The notes under the pieces are model-generated. The model ran no database searches and was not told where the DNA came from. It saw only the letters and a program-made list of their open reading frames with translations. Of a stretch of DNA of 64,000 bases, positions 30,216 to 40,366 are shown in pieces. The DNA lies in contig OY970368.1 in the NCBI GenBank assembly GCA_963718615.1, positions 3,328,001 through 3,392,000 on the forward strand. Reading direction: 5' to 3'. Position 1 is the first letter of the stretch. The number at the start of each line of letters is the position of its first letter. The position numbers were made by a program, and so were the translations under genes. Origin of the DNA: an uncultured cyanobacterium (GTDB taxonomy: Bacteria > Cyanobacteriota > Cyanobacteriia > PCC-9006 > JAAUQQ01).

Positions 30216-31340
30216 CTAATCCTTGGGTAAGCGATTGCCTCGGGACGATTGCCATTGATTCAGCCAAACCGCTAACAGCGTCACCACCGACAGCGGAATC
30301 ACAAATAGAATCATCGCTCCACTAAAGGGACCTAGGACCGCATGGTCCATAGTTCGCAGCACCAAATAGGCAACGTAGGCCGCGTAATAGCCCACAAACA
30401 CCAGCCCTTCCCAGCGGCTAATGACATTTCCCGTAAAGAAAATCGGCAGACAGGCGATCGCCACCGCAATCATAATCGGAATATCAAACCGGACCGCTGC
30501 GGAGGATACCGCCAACCCCGCCGGAGAAAACAAACTGGAAAGACCCAAAACCACCAAAATATTAAAAATATTGCTGCCAACCACATTGCCCACGGCAATA
30601 TCCCGTTCGCCCTTCAGCGTCGCCACGATCGAGGTTGCCAGCTCCGGCAGCGATGTTCCGGCGGCCACAATGGTCAAGCCAATCACCAGTTCACTCACCC
30701 CGATGGCTTGGGCGATCGCGATCGCAGAAGTCACTAACCACCGAGACCCCAAAAGCAACAACCCAACGCCCAAACCAATCCAGCCTAGGTTAATGGCCCA
30801 TGTCTTTAGCGTCATTTTCTGATTGCTCTGGTCTCCGCCTCCATATTCCTGCGCATATTCCGCCCGCACGGCTTCATTTTGCTCTCGGCGGGATTGGATA
30901 ATCTGAAAGGCCGTATAGCCAATACCACCTGCGCTCAGGAGCAGCCCATCGGGCAACGTCAGGCGACCATCAGCACCCAGAACCAGCATCAGAATCGAGA
31001 CCCCGATCATCACTGGCACATCAATCCGAACCAGCTGTTGGGCGACGACAAGGGGGGCCGCAAGGGCAGACAATCCCAAAATCAGCAAGACATTAAAAAT
31101 ATTGCTCCCCACGACATTGCCCACGGCGATATCAATCTGGCCCGTAAGGCTCGACTGAATACTCACCGCCAGCTCCGGCGCACTCGTTCCGTAGGCAACA
31201 ATCGTCAATCCAATAATTAACGGCGAAATGCCCAGACTCGTGGCTAAGTTTGAGGCTCCCCGTACCAGCGCATCCGCGCCAACCACCAATAGTGCAAGAC
31301 CCGCAACTAACAGAACGATCGTAGCGATGCTCATACACAA
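30216..31340 (-). CDS. Ca2+/Na+ antiporter (CaCA family, YrbG-like)
   Basis: Duplicated alpha motifs GLTIVAYGTSAPEL...GNVVGSNIFN and GLTIVAAGTSLPEL...GNVVGSNIFN. Confidence 0.92.
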   Translation of the reverse strand: MCMSIATIVLLVAGLALLVVGADALVRGASNLATSLGISPLIIGLTIVAYGTSAPELAVSIQSSLTGQIDIAVGNVVGSNIFNVLLILGLSALAAPLVVAQQLVRIDVPVMIGVSILMLVLGADGRLTLPDGLLLSAGGIGYTAFQIIQSRREQNEAVRAEYAQEYGGGDQSNQKMTLKTWAINLGWIGLGVGLLLLGSRWLVTSAIAIAQAIGVSELVIGLTIVAAGTSLPELATSIVATLKGERDIAVGNVVGSNIFNILVVLGLSSLFSPAGLAVSSAAVRFDIPIMIAVAIACLPIFFTGNVISRWEGLVFVGYYAAYVAYLVLRTMDHAVLGPFSGAMILFVIPLSVVTLLAVWLNQWQSSRGNRLPKD

Positions 31341-31539
31341 AGACAGCCGGAGACATCTCTCGGAGGAAAAGGTTGACGATGTTTAAGAATTTGAGTTAGC
31401 CCTCGATTTTCCCACGAAAGCCGGGTCTGGGGATCACGCTGCGATAAATCTTGATTCCTCTGCACGCTTCCTAGGGAGAGCTGCTACGCTAAAATCGTTA
31501 ACTTACGTAACAGATTCGCTGAAACTGTTTAGTGAAGTC

Positions 31540-32595
31540 GTGGTGGAATCCCGTGAACGTCAAATTCGCCGCGAGCTTATTGCCGCCATCTTGCTCTTCT
31601 TGGGGGTTCTGCTGATCGGCACGGCAGGATATCGGACGATTGAGCGATGGAGCTTGCTGGACTCCGCTTATATGACCATTATTACCCTAAGCAGCGTAGG
31701 GTTCGGCGAAATCCAGCCCCTCAGCCCCCCAGGAAGACTCTTTACAATTTCGCTGATTTTGATGGGCCTTTTGAGCATTGGCTATATTGTCAATCGATTT
31801 ACAGAGGCTATTGTCCAGGGCTACTTTCAAGATAGCCTGCGTTCTCGCCGGAAACGACGTGTGATCAAGAAACTACGCAATCACTATATTTTATGTGGCT
31901 ATGGCAGGGCCGGTCGCCATGTGGCCCATGAATTTGCCGAGGAGCAGGTACCGTTTATCGTCGTCGATCCGCAGCCCGAAGCAATTCTGGATGCAAAACA
32001 GCGTGGCTACCTTACCTACCAGGGAGATGCGACCCTTGATCAAACCCTGATTGCAGTGGGAATCCAGGATGCCAATTGCATTGTGGCGGCGATGCCTTCG
32101 GACTCGGACAATCTTTACACCGTGCTTTCCGCCAAAGCCCTGCGACCAGGTTTACGGACGATCGCCCGCGCCAATACCGAAGAAGCCGTCATCAAGATGC
32201 AGCGAGCGGGGGCCGATGCGGTGATCTCTCCTTATATTACGGGGGGAAAACGGTTGGCCGCAGCAGCACTACGCCCTCAGGTGATGGATTTTGTAGATGG
32301 CATTGGATTGGGAGGCGATCGCTCCTTTTATCTAGAGGAGGTCGTGATTCACGCCCAGGACTGTCCCTATGTGAATCAGGAATTGCGGGAGACGGATTTG
32401 CGATCGCGCAGCAGCGCTCTCATCCTGGCGATTCGTCGCACCGAGGGGGAGCTAATTCCAGGGCCTACCGGAGAAACTCGCTTGCTGGATGGCGATTTGC
32501 TGATTTGCATGGGAACAGCAGAACAACTCCGAACGCTCATCAAAATTCTGATCCCCCTGGGCTCGACCATGCCGCGTTTGCCCCGCAATCAGTAA
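31540..32595 (+). CDS. Potassium channel with RCK (TrkA-N/TrkA-C) domains
   Basis: Pore SSVGFGE between two TM helices; HYILCGYGRAG Rossmann motif; C-terminal TrkA-C (LAIRR..GELIPGP...GDLLI). Confidence 0.9.
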   Translation: MVESRERQIRRELIAAILLFLGVLLIGTAGYRTIERWSLLDSAYMTIITLSSVGFGEIQPLSPPGRLFTISLILMGLLSIGYIVNRFTEAIVQGYFQDSLRSRRKRRVIKKLRNHYILCGYGRAGRHVAHEFAEEQVPFIVVDPQPEAILDAKQRGYLTYQGDATLDQTLIAVGIQDANCIVAAMPSDSDNLYTVLSAKALRPGLRTIARANTEEAVIKMQRAGADAVISPYITGGKRLAAAALRPQVMDFVDGIGLGGDRSFYLEEVVIHAQDCPYVNQELRETDLRSRSSALILAIRRTEGELIPGPTGETRLLDGDLLICMGTAEQLRTLIKILIPLGSTMPRLPRNQ

Positions 32596-32672
32596 AATTC
32601 CTTAAAATTGCTTGCAACCCAAAAGTTGACCGGACCTTCGGCTTAATCTCCGCACAATTTCGATGGCGTGTC

Positions 32673-32885
32673 CTAATTGAGCTTGAGCGCTGCAACCGGA
32701 ACCTCATCCCAGGAGGAAACCCTATACATCCGAACGGTCCATCCCTGAGCTTTTTGAGCATCGCTTAAATTTTCCTGAAAGGAAACATAACATTCCCTGG
32801 CTTGCTCTTCATTGCAACAAGCGATACAGGCATAGAGAATCCCAGCCGGATCCACCTGTTCATTTACCCAAATGGTTTTAGACAT
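32673..32885 (-). CDS. Conserved small cyanobacterial hypothetical protein
   Basis: IWVNEQVDPAGILYACIACC.E..A..C...F..NL...QK..GW.....VSSWDEVPVAALKL, recalled as a conserved cyanobacterial ~70-aa family. Divergent from psbA. Confidence 0.65.
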   Translation of the reverse strand: MSKTIWVNEQVDPAGILYACIACCNEEQARECYVSFQENLSDAQKAQGWTVRMYRVSSWDEVPVAALKLN

Positions 32886-32893
32886 GCTTTCAC

Positions 32894-32911
32894 TTTACAA
32901 AAATAAACAAA
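32894..32911 (+). promoter_or_regulatory. Possible HLR1 (RpaB-binding) direct repeat upstream of psbA
   Basis: tttacaaa-aa-taaacaaa resembles (G/T)TTACA(T/A)(T/A)-N2 repeated. The second half has two mismatches. Confidence 0.3.
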
Positions 32912-33120
32912 GCTTGAGCAAATACTCAAACAAACTACAAATAAGTTAATGGCAAGGTTTTTGAAAGTCTTGTAGCCTTTAATTAAGGCATTGCAACGAA
33001 AGTTGACTGTCTTTTCATAATTCGCATTCCTAGTTAAAAGCTTACAGGCAATTTGTCTAAATGGCTTTAGCCGGGATTGTCAGTCTTTATCTGTACATTT
33101 CTCGCAATTCATAAATCACC

Positions 33121-34203
33121 ATGACGACTACACTTCGCGGACGCGAAAGTGCCAGTACGTGGGAGCGCTTTTGCGCTTGGATCACAAGCACCAACAACCG
33201 CATTTATGTGGGTTGGTTTGGCGTTCTGATGATCCCTTGCCTGCTTACTGCCACGATTTGCTTCATTATTGCGTTTATCGCAGCACCTCCCGTCGATATC
33301 GATGGCATCCGTGAGCCTGTGGCTGGCTCCTTGCTCTACGGCAACAACATCATGTCTGGCGCGGTTGTGCCCTCTTCCAACGCCATTGGCCTGCACTTCT
33401 ACCCCATCTGGGAAGCAGCTTCCCTCGATGAGTGGTTGTACAACGGCGGCCCTTACCAATTGGTTTGCTTCCACTTCCTCATCGGCATTTTCTGCTGGAT
33501 GGGTCGTCAGTGGGAACTCTCCTACCGCCTCGGCATGCGTCCTTGGATTTGTGTGGCTTACTCTGCACCTGTAGCAGCAGCAACCTCAGTTTTCCTGATC
33601 TACCCGATCGGCCAAGGTTCGTTCTCCGATGGTATGCCCCTGGGTATCTCCGGTACATTCAACTTCATGTTCGTGTTCCAGGCTGAGCACAACATTCTGA
33701 TGCACCCCTTCCACATGCTCGGTGTGGCTGGCGTCTTCGGTGGAAGCTTGTTCTCCGCAATGCACGGTTCGTTGGTGACTTCTTCCTTGGTGCGTGAGAC
33801 CACTGAAGTAGAATCCCAGAACTACGGCTACAAGTTTGGACAAGAAGAGGAAACCTACAACATCGTTGCAGCCCACGGCTACTTCGGTCGTCTGATTTTC
33901 CAATACGCTTCGTTCAACAACAGTCGTGCACTGCACTTCTTCTTGGGTGCATGGCCGGTTGTAGGCATTTGGTTGACCGCAATGGGCATCAGTACCATGG
34001 CATTCAACCTCAATGGCTTTAACTTCAACCAGTCTGTGATTGATAGCCAAGGTCGCGTTGTTGCAACCTGGGCCGATGTCCTCAACCGTGCGAACCTGGG
34101 TATGGAAGTGATGCACGAGCGCAATGCTCACAACTTCCCCTTGGATCTCGCTTCGGGTGAAGCTACTCCCGTTGCCCTGACTGCTCCTGCGATCAACGGC
34201 TAA
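33121..34203 (+). CDS. psbA: Photosystem II D1 protein (Q130, D1:1-type, all Mn4CaO5 ligands present)
   Basis: 360-aa canonical D1 with Y161, D170, E189, H190, H198, H215, H272, H332, E333, D342 and A344. Confidence 0.99.
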   Translation: MTTTLRGRESASTWERFCAWITSTNNRIYVGWFGVLMIPCLLTATICFIIAFIAAPPVDIDGIREPVAGSLLYGNNIMSGAVVPSSNAIGLHFYPIWEAASLDEWLYNGGPYQLVCFHFLIGIFCWMGRQWELSYRLGMRPWICVAYSAPVAAATSVFLIYPIGQGSFSDGMPLGISGTFNFMFVFQAEHNILMHPFHMLGVAGVFGGSLFSAMHGSLVTSSLVRETTEVESQNYGYKFGQEEETYNIVAAHGYFGRLIFQYASFNNSRALHFFLGAWPVVGIWLTAMGISTMAFNLNGFNFNQSVIDSQGRVVATWADVLNRANLGMEVMHERNAHNFPLDLASGEATPVALTAPAING

Positions 34204-34261
34204 GAGTAATCTGAAAGAGCTAATCATTGACCGATTTTCGGGACTCTGATTTAGCAGGCTT

Positions 34262-34292
34262 AAAAAGGCGCTCTCTTCGGGGAGCGCTTTTG
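34262..34292 (+). terminator. Rho-independent terminator after psbA (bidirectional with tex)
   Basis: aaaaaggcgctctc-ttcg-gggagcgcttttg: GC stem, UUCG loop, A/T tracts on both sides. Confidence 0.85.
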
Positions 34293-34365
34293 ATTTGCAT
34301 ATTTTTTGTGCGAGCTCGTTTTAAGCTCAATTATCGGGCGCGGAATGCGCGCCCCAACACAAGGA

Positions 34366-36726
34366 CTAAAGCTTGCGGCCAAACTTGCGCTTGAGTTCAT
34401 CCAGGGAATTGCCCGAGGTCGAGTGAGTCTGGCGAGGCCGCTGGGTCGCTGGATTTTGCGGTGCGCCGGAAAGCTTTTGATGCACAGGATTTGGCTTGCT
34501 CGGTCGACTGGTGCTGGGAGTAGCAGACAGTATTTCTGCCCCAGGCTGAGCCCCACCGCTCACGGCTTTCATCGAAAGGCCAATGCGTTTGAGCTTTTCG
34601 TTCACCTCCATGACCCGAACCTTGACCACCTGACCCACCTTCACCACATCCTTGGGATCTTGAACAAATTGGTTAGCCAATTGAGAAATATGAACCAAAC
34701 CATCTTGGTGCACGCCGATATCGACAAAAGCGCCAAAATTTGCCACATTAGTGACAATTCCTTCTAGCTCCATGCCTTCCTTGAGGTCACTCATTTCGTT
34801 GATATCTTCCCGGAACTGGGCATAGGTAAACTGGGCACGGGGGTCACGACCTGGTTTTTCGAGTTCTTGAAGAATGTCTCGCAGCGTTGGTTCGCCCACC
34901 GTATCAGTCACATAACGTTTGAGGTCAATCCGATTAATTTCTAGATTCTTCAGAAAATTGGGGGATATTGTATCGACCTGAGCATCGCTCAAAATGCTTG
35001 ATACAATGCCATAGCTTTCCGGGTGAACGGCAGTATTATCCAGGGGGTTTTTGCCCCCGCGAATCCGCAAAAACCCTGCACATTGTTCAAAGGCTTTGGG
35101 TCCTAGTTTAGGCACTTTGAGCAACTGTTTGCGATCGCCAAAGGCCCCATTCTCATTGCGGTAGCTAACGATATTGTTGGCGATCGCCCCAGTAATTCCC
35201 GACACATACATCAGCAATTCTTTTGAAGCGGTATTAAGGTCAACCCCCACATAGTTCACACAGCTTTCAACCGTTTCTGCCAGCTTTTGTTTGAGCAATT
35301 TCTGATCGACATCATGCTGATATTGACCTACACCAATGGATTTTGGGTCGATTTTCACCAACTCAGCCAGGGGGTCTTGCAAGCGACGACCAATGCTGAT
35401 AGCACCTCGAACGGTGATATCTAAATCGGGAAATTCGGCGATCGCCACCTCACTCGCTGAATAAATCGACGCCCCCGCCTCATTCACCATGACCTTAATG
35501 GGCGGTTGCTTAAGGCATTGAAACACTTCCCCTACAAAGGCTTCAGTCTCGCGACTGGCGGTGCCATTGCCAATGGCCACGAGCTCAATTTTGTACTGTT
35601 CAATTAACTGTTGAATCGTTTGAGCAGCCTGTTCGCGCTTGCCGGCTCCCGTGTGGGGAAACACCGCTTGATAGTTAAGATATTTGCCGGTCTGATCAAT
35701 GACAGCGACTTTGCAGCCCGTGCGAAAACCGGGGTCGATGGCCAATGTGGGCTTCATGCCCGCAGGCGCAGTCAAAAGCAAATCCCGCAGATTGGCCTCA
35801 AAGGTTTTAATCGACTCAATATCGGCCCATTCTTTCTTCTCGCCAATCACCCCAGTGACCAGCGAGGTTTTCATCAGACGGCCAAAGGCATCTCGAATCA
35901 GGGTTTGATAAAACTGACGCAGTTGCGGAGATTGGCTGCGCAGAATGCAGGACTCTAGATAGTCAATCACCACATCTTCTTCAAACTCAAGATTCATTCC
36001 CAGAATCCCTTCACTTTGGCCCCGCAGCAGGGCCAGGAGATTGTGGGGGGCGATCGCCTTGATGGAAATTTGATAGTTGCGATAGGTCTCGAATTTGGTG
36101 CTGCCTTCAGGAAACTCAGCTTTGATTTTGGACGTGAAGATTCCGGTTTTGAGCAGAAACTCCCGTACCCAAGCCCGCAGTTCTGCCCGTTCTGCAATGC
36201 CTTCTGCCAAGATATCGGCGGCTCCCTGGAGGGCATCTTCAGCCGTGGCAACGCCTTTTTCTGGATCTACATATTGCGAAGCTTCTGCCCCAAGGTCGGC
36301 CTTGGGGGATTGGGGGGTATTGAGGGATTCAAGCCAATCTGCTAAGGGTGCTAAACCCTTTTCTCGGGCCATGGTGGCGCGGGTGCGGCGTTTGGGCTTG
36401 TAGGGCAGATAGAGGTCTTCGAGATCGGTTTTTTGGCTGCAGGCTGCGATTTTGGCCTGGAGTTCGAGGGTGAGTTTGCCTTGGTCGGCGATCGCCTTAA
36501 GGATGGTTTGTTTGCGATCGCTCAGTTCGCTCAGGTAGCCATGGCGCTCTTGAATCTGCCGCAGTTGGGTTTCGTCCAATTCGCCAGTGCGCTCTTTGCG
36601 GTAGCGGGCAATGAAGGGAATGGTTGCGCCTTCGGCGAAGAGGTCTAGGGCGCTTTGGACCTGAGCCGGGTGAATGTCAAGTTCTTGGGCGATTTGAGCG
36701 GTAAAGGATAGCTGGGGAGAAGACAT
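34366..36726 (-). CDS. tex: Tex-family RNA-binding transcriptional accessory protein
   Basis: GATIPFIARYRKERTG.LDE, LEDLYLPYKPKRRTRA, AIDPGFRTGCK, GNGTASRET, RRLQDPLAELVKIDPKSIGVGQYQHD and an S1 domain. ATG 36726 avoids overlap with the VWA gene. Confidence 0.93.
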   Translation of the reverse strand: MSSPQLSFTAQIAQELDIHPAQVQSALDLFAEGATIPFIARYRKERTGELDETQLRQIQERHGYLSELSDRKQTILKAIADQGKLTLELQAKIAACSQKTDLEDLYLPYKPKRRTRATMAREKGLAPLADWLESLNTPQSPKADLGAEASQYVDPEKGVATAEDALQGAADILAEGIAERAELRAWVREFLLKTGIFTSKIKAEFPEGSTKFETYRNYQISIKAIAPHNLLALLRGQSEGILGMNLEFEEDVVIDYLESCILRSQSPQLRQFYQTLIRDAFGRLMKTSLVTGVIGEKKEWADIESIKTFEANLRDLLLTAPAGMKPTLAIDPGFRTGCKVAVIDQTGKYLNYQAVFPHTGAGKREQAAQTIQQLIEQYKIELVAIGNGTASRETEAFVGEVFQCLKQPPIKVMVNEAGASIYSASEVAIAEFPDLDITVRGAISIGRRLQDPLAELVKIDPKSIGVGQYQHDVDQKLLKQKLAETVESCVNYVGVDLNTASKELLMYVSGITGAIANNIVSYRNENGAFGDRKQLLKVPKLGPKAFEQCAGFLRIRGGKNPLDNTAVHPESYGIVSSILSDAQVDTISPNFLKNLEINRIDLKRYVTDTVGEPTLRDILQELEKPGRDPRAQFTYAQFREDINEMSDLKEGMELEGIVTNVANFGAFVDIGVHQDGLVHISQLANQFVQDPKDVVKVGQVVKVRVMEVNEKLKRIGLSMKAVSGGAQPGAEILSATPSTSRPSKPNPVHQKLSGAPQNPATQRPRQTHSTSGNSLDELKRKFGRKL

Positions 36727-36748
36727 ATGGGTTATGCAGAAAGGTCGC

Positions 36749-38014
36749 TTAGGAGGAAGCATCATCCGGCGATGGCGATGCCTGGAGTATGGTTTTCGAG
36801 ACGATGCGGGTCTTTTTGCGATCGCTCTCCGATAACTCCTCTCCCGACTGTAACCGCGTCGCATTTTCCTGCAACACCGTTGCCGCTCGCTGGTCGCCCA
36901 TTTGCAACGCCGTTTGCGCAGCCGTTTGCAGCATGGTGGCGGCCCCTGTGCGATCGCCCGCCTGAAGTTTCGCCTCGGCGATCTGGGTTTGTCGATATTT
37001 GGCTAGCGTCAAGACTTGCTGTTGGACATCGGCATCCACCTGGGCCGCATGATCCGCCACCGCTTCGACGGCGATCGCCACCGGCTCAGACAGCAGGCCG
37101 GTTTTCCCCGAAGCCGGATCATCGTAACGAACCCGAAGCTGAGCAATGTCGTGGCGACCCTCAGGCAACTGCTGAATATAGAGATTGACCAACACCTGCC
37201 GGGGAAAATCCACCATCAGGTCTCCCAGTCTGGCCTCAATGCGGTTGCCTTCGACGAGGGGCTGTAGCTCAATGACATCTGGGCTGACCTGGGCCAGGGG
37301 CTTGGTGTTGGCCAACGTCACCCGAGGATCCAGTTCTAGCAGGAGCTGGGCATTGGTCAACCCCACGGTTTGCATCCGCTGAAAGAGGCGGCTAAATTCT
37401 CCTAGAACCTCTTCAGACCGTTCAATGTAGGTGAGGCTGCCGCCGCCCACGTCGGCGATTTGTTCCAGGATATTTTGGTTCCAGTGGTCGCCAAACCCCA
37501 GCGTATTCACCGTTAGGCCAAAATCCGCCGCCAGTTTCGCAAATTTCAAACAGCGCTCATTGCTGCCATGTTCATTTTCGCCATCGGTGAGTAGCAGCGC
37601 CTGGGACACCGCCTCGCCCTTGCCCTTAGCCAATTCTTCAATGCCGAGCCGGAGTCCTTCGTCAATGGCGGTGCCCCCGCCCGCCTCCAGTTGGGCGATC
37701 GCCCCCCGAATTGTCGCCGGATTGTCGATCACCTGGTTGGGAATTAACAGCCGCGCCCGATGGTCAAAGCTGACGACCGACAGGCGATCGCCCGGTGTTA
37801 GTTTTTCCAGCAACCGCAAGGCCGCCTGTTTCACCGTTTCGAGGGGACGGCCCCCCATGGAGCCGCTCTGGTCCAGCATGAGGCAAAGATTTAGCGGCGC
37901 ACGGCCTGCCCCTGCCGCCAAGGCACTGATCGAGACCGCGAGCTGTCGTTGACTCTGGGGTTGGGCGATCGCCACCTGGGGGTCACTCAGCGTACCGTTT
38001 AAACCAACTTGCAT
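36749..38014 (-). CDS. VWA-domain protein
   Basis: LNLCLMLDQSGSMGG (MIDAS DxSxS), GGTAIDEGL, LLTDGENEHG, C-terminal DRKKTRIVSKT. Confidence 0.88.
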   Translation of the reverse strand: MQVGLNGTLSDPQVAIAQPQSQRQLAVSISALAAGAGRAPLNLCLMLDQSGSMGGRPLETVKQAALRLLEKLTPGDRLSVVSFDHRARLLIPNQVIDNPATIRGAIAQLEAGGGTAIDEGLRLGIEELAKGKGEAVSQALLLTDGENEHGSNERCLKFAKLAADFGLTVNTLGFGDHWNQNILEQIADVGGGSLTYIERSEEVLGEFSRLFQRMQTVGLTNAQLLLELDPRVTLANTKPLAQVSPDVIELQPLVEGNRIEARLGDLMVDFPRQVLVNLYIQQLPEGRHDIAQLRVRYDDPASGKTGLLSEPVAIAVEAVADHAAQVDADVQQQVLTLAKYRQTQIAEAKLQAGDRTGAATMLQTAAQTALQMGDQRAATVLQENATRLQSGEELSESDRKKTRIVSKTILQASPSPDDASS

Positions 38015-38257
38015 TCGCCTTTTCCTTTCCGACAGGTCATTCGTTCCAACTGCTTCAACTCAGCGACCGAACGGGGGTCTTGTTCTCTATTCTGACCTAA
38101 GATTTCGGCCCTGTGGCCCCTCACTCGCTTTCAGTTTGCCCAAATGGAGTTAAAAAGAATTGCAGAAAAAATTTAGGGCTGATCAACCGCAGCCGTCTCG
38201 TCAAACCGAGCGCTAGTATGGTACTGGTAACGCGCAAAGCCTAGGCAAGACCAATTT

Positions 38258-38953
38258 ATGAGTGGACCGATCAAAGCTGTTCAAGCGGCTTCCTACGGAG
38301 ACGCCTACTATCGCACTCCGCCGCCCGATCTCCCTTCACTATTACTGAAGGAGCGGATTGTTTATTTGGGCCTGCCCCTCTTCTCTGACGACAACGTTAA
38401 ACGTCAGGTGGGGGTTGATGTCACTGAGTTGATCATTGCTCAACTGCTGTACTTGCAGTTTGATAGCCCTGAAAAGCCGATTTACTTCTACATCAACTCG
38501 ACGGGCACCTCCTGGTATGACGGGGCCTCTGTGGGATATGAAACCGAGGCCTTTGCGATTTGCGATACCCTCAGCTACATCAAGCCACCGGTCCATACCA
38601 TTTGCATTGGTCAGGCCATGGGCACCGCTGCGGTAATTTTGTCCGCTGGCACCAAAGGCTGTCGGGCCAGCTTGCCCCACGCCACCATCGTGCTCAATCA
38701 GCCTCGAACCGGCGCAGGCCAAGGGCAAGCTACGGATATTCAGATTCGGGCCCAGGAAGTGTTGGACAACAAGCACACCATGATGGAGATTCTCTCGAAG
38801 AACACCGGCCAGCCTATTGAAAAGCTTGTAAAGGATACCGATCGCACCTTCTATCTCACCCCTGACGTGGCAAAGGAATACGGCATCATTGATCGAGTTC
38901 TGGAAAGTACCAAGGACTTGCCTGTCCCGCCCGTTGCGGCAGGGATTGGCTAG
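38258..38953 (+). CDS. clpR: ATP-dependent Clp protease non-catalytic subunit ClpR
   Basis: RTPPPDLPSLLLKERIVYLG, YINSTGT; GQAMGTAA lacks the catalytic Ser. Upstream of clpP. Confidence 0.88.
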   Translation: MSGPIKAVQAASYGDAYYRTPPPDLPSLLLKERIVYLGLPLFSDDNVKRQVGVDVTELIIAQLLYLQFDSPEKPIYFYINSTGTSWYDGASVGYETEAFAICDTLSYIKPPVHTICIGQAMGTAAVILSAGTKGCRASLPHATIVLNQPRTGAGQGQATDIQIRAQEVLDNKHTMMEILSKNTGQPIEKLVKDTDRTFYLTPDVAKEYGIIDRVLESTKDLPVPPVAAGIG

Positions 38954-39034
38954 GGCCCAGAGTTGGGCTAACCCATTGGTTGGGAATTTTTGTTGAATCT
39001 TTGTTGAATTTTTGTCGTTTTTTCCTGAACTTCT

Positions 39035-39628
39035 ATGCCTATTGGTGTTCCTAGCGTTCCCTATCGCCTACCGGGTAGTCCTTACGAGCGCTGGATTGAT
39101 ATCTATACCCGTTTGAGTCAAGAGCGCATTATTTTTCTGGGCCAAGAGGTCACGGATTCCCTCGCCAACAATATTGTGGCGGTGATGCTCTATCTCGACT
39201 CCGAGGACAATACCAAGCCCATCAACCTGTATATCAATTCTCCCGGTGGCTCCGTCACAGCAGGCATGGCGATCTATGACACCATGCAATACATCAAGTC
39301 CCCCGTAGTGACGATCTGTGTGGGGTTGGCTGCGTCCATGGGAGCCTTTTTGCTCGCCGCCGGTGCGCCGGGTAAGCGGTTGGCCTTGCCCCATGCTCGG
39401 ATTATGATCCACCAGCCCCTGGGGGGAACAGGCCGTCGGCAGGCGACGGATATTGAGATTGAGGCGCGGGAAATCCTACGGATTAAACACAACCTCAACG
39501 AGATTTTGGCCCAGCGCTCGGGTCAAAGCTTGGCCAAAATTGAAAAGGATACCGATCGCGACTATTTCCTCTCCGCTGCCGAAGCCAAGGAATATGGGTT
39601 GATTGATCGGGTGATCGAAGATGCCTAG
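39035..39628 (+). CDS. clpP: ATP-dependent Clp protease proteolytic subunit (ClpP3-type)
   Basis: [23 protein letters not shown] (Ser), RIMIHQP (His), DTDRD (Asp). Confidence 0.95.
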   Translation: MPIGVPSVPYRLPGSPYERWIDIYTRLSQERIIFLGQEVTDSLANNIVAVMLYLDSEDNTKPINLYINSPGGSVTAGMAIYDTMQYIKSPVVTICVGLAASMGAFLLAAGAPGKRLALPHARIMIHQPLGGTGRRQATDIEIEAREILRIKHNLNEILAQRSGQSLAKIEKDTDRDYFLSAAEAKEYGLIDRVIEDA

Positions 39629-39779
39629 GGCATGACCCTGGCGGCCAGCCTGACGGTGGGGGCGTGAATTCCACGCCCTCGTAAATCTTTGCCCTCGTGA
39701 ATCTTTAGAAATTTGTGACGATTCGGTATCTTCAGGGTAATTTTGTATCTGATGACTCACCTATCGCGATCGCCAGGGA

Positions 39780-40355
39780 ATGAAGTTGCCCGACTGCTAC
39801 CGCATCCTAGGACTCCGTGAGGGCGCTTCCTACGAGGATATTAAGGCGTCCTATCGCCGTCTGGCACGGCAGTATCACCCCGATGCCAATCCGGGTAATG
39901 ATGACGCTCACGCCAAGTTTGTACGGGTTGCCCAAGCCTACCAGCATTTATCGCAACAGATTTCGCCGCTGGAAGCACGGAATTTTACGGGTATTTATAA
40001 CGATCTGCTGGGGCCACCGAGTCCCTCTCCGGCGGAGACCAGTCCTCAAACCCTGGCGCGGGAGAACAAGCTCAAGCAAGACATCTATGGCAAGCTTCAG
40101 ATGACCTTGCAAAATCAACGCTTTCCCCGTGCTGTGGCGTTGGTTGAAGGTTTGGCCCAGCGTTTGCCCCAGGATGCGGAAGTGCGCCAGTGGCAGGCCA
40201 TCACCTATCAGTATTGGGCGCGTCATTTGATTAGCGAGCGGCAATTCGACAAGGCTCGGGTCTACTTGAGAAAAGCCCTGCGTGTCGTGCCCCATAACCG
40301 CACGCTCACCGAAGAAATGGAGCGCGAACTAGAGCGCATTGAGCAATTGCGCTAG
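39780..40355 (+). CDS. J-domain (DnaJ-like) protein with TPR-like C-terminus
   Basis: CYRILGL..GASYEDIKASYRRLARQYHPD (HPD motif), then FPRAVALVEGLAQRLP.D.EVRQWQAI helical repeat. Confidence 0.87.
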   Translation: MKLPDCYRILGLREGASYEDIKASYRRLARQYHPDANPGNDDAHAKFVRVAQAYQHLSQQISPLEARNFTGIYNDLLGPPSPSPAETSPQTLARENKLKQDIYGKLQMTLQNQRFPRAVALVEGLAQRLPQDAEVRQWQAITYQYWARHLISERQFDKARVYLRKALRVVPHNRTLTEEMERELERIEQLR

Positions 40356-40366
40356 CCCAGACCGTT

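Noticed and set aside
33121-34203. Rogue D1, chlorophyll f synthase or microaerobic D1'
   Set aside because: All Mn-cluster ligands and Y161/H190 are intact, and the D1' markers A80, L158 and A286 are absent.
36727-36864. Arg-rich N-terminal extension of Tex
   Set aside because: It overlaps the 3' end of the VWA gene. ATG 36726 gives a normal-length Tex.
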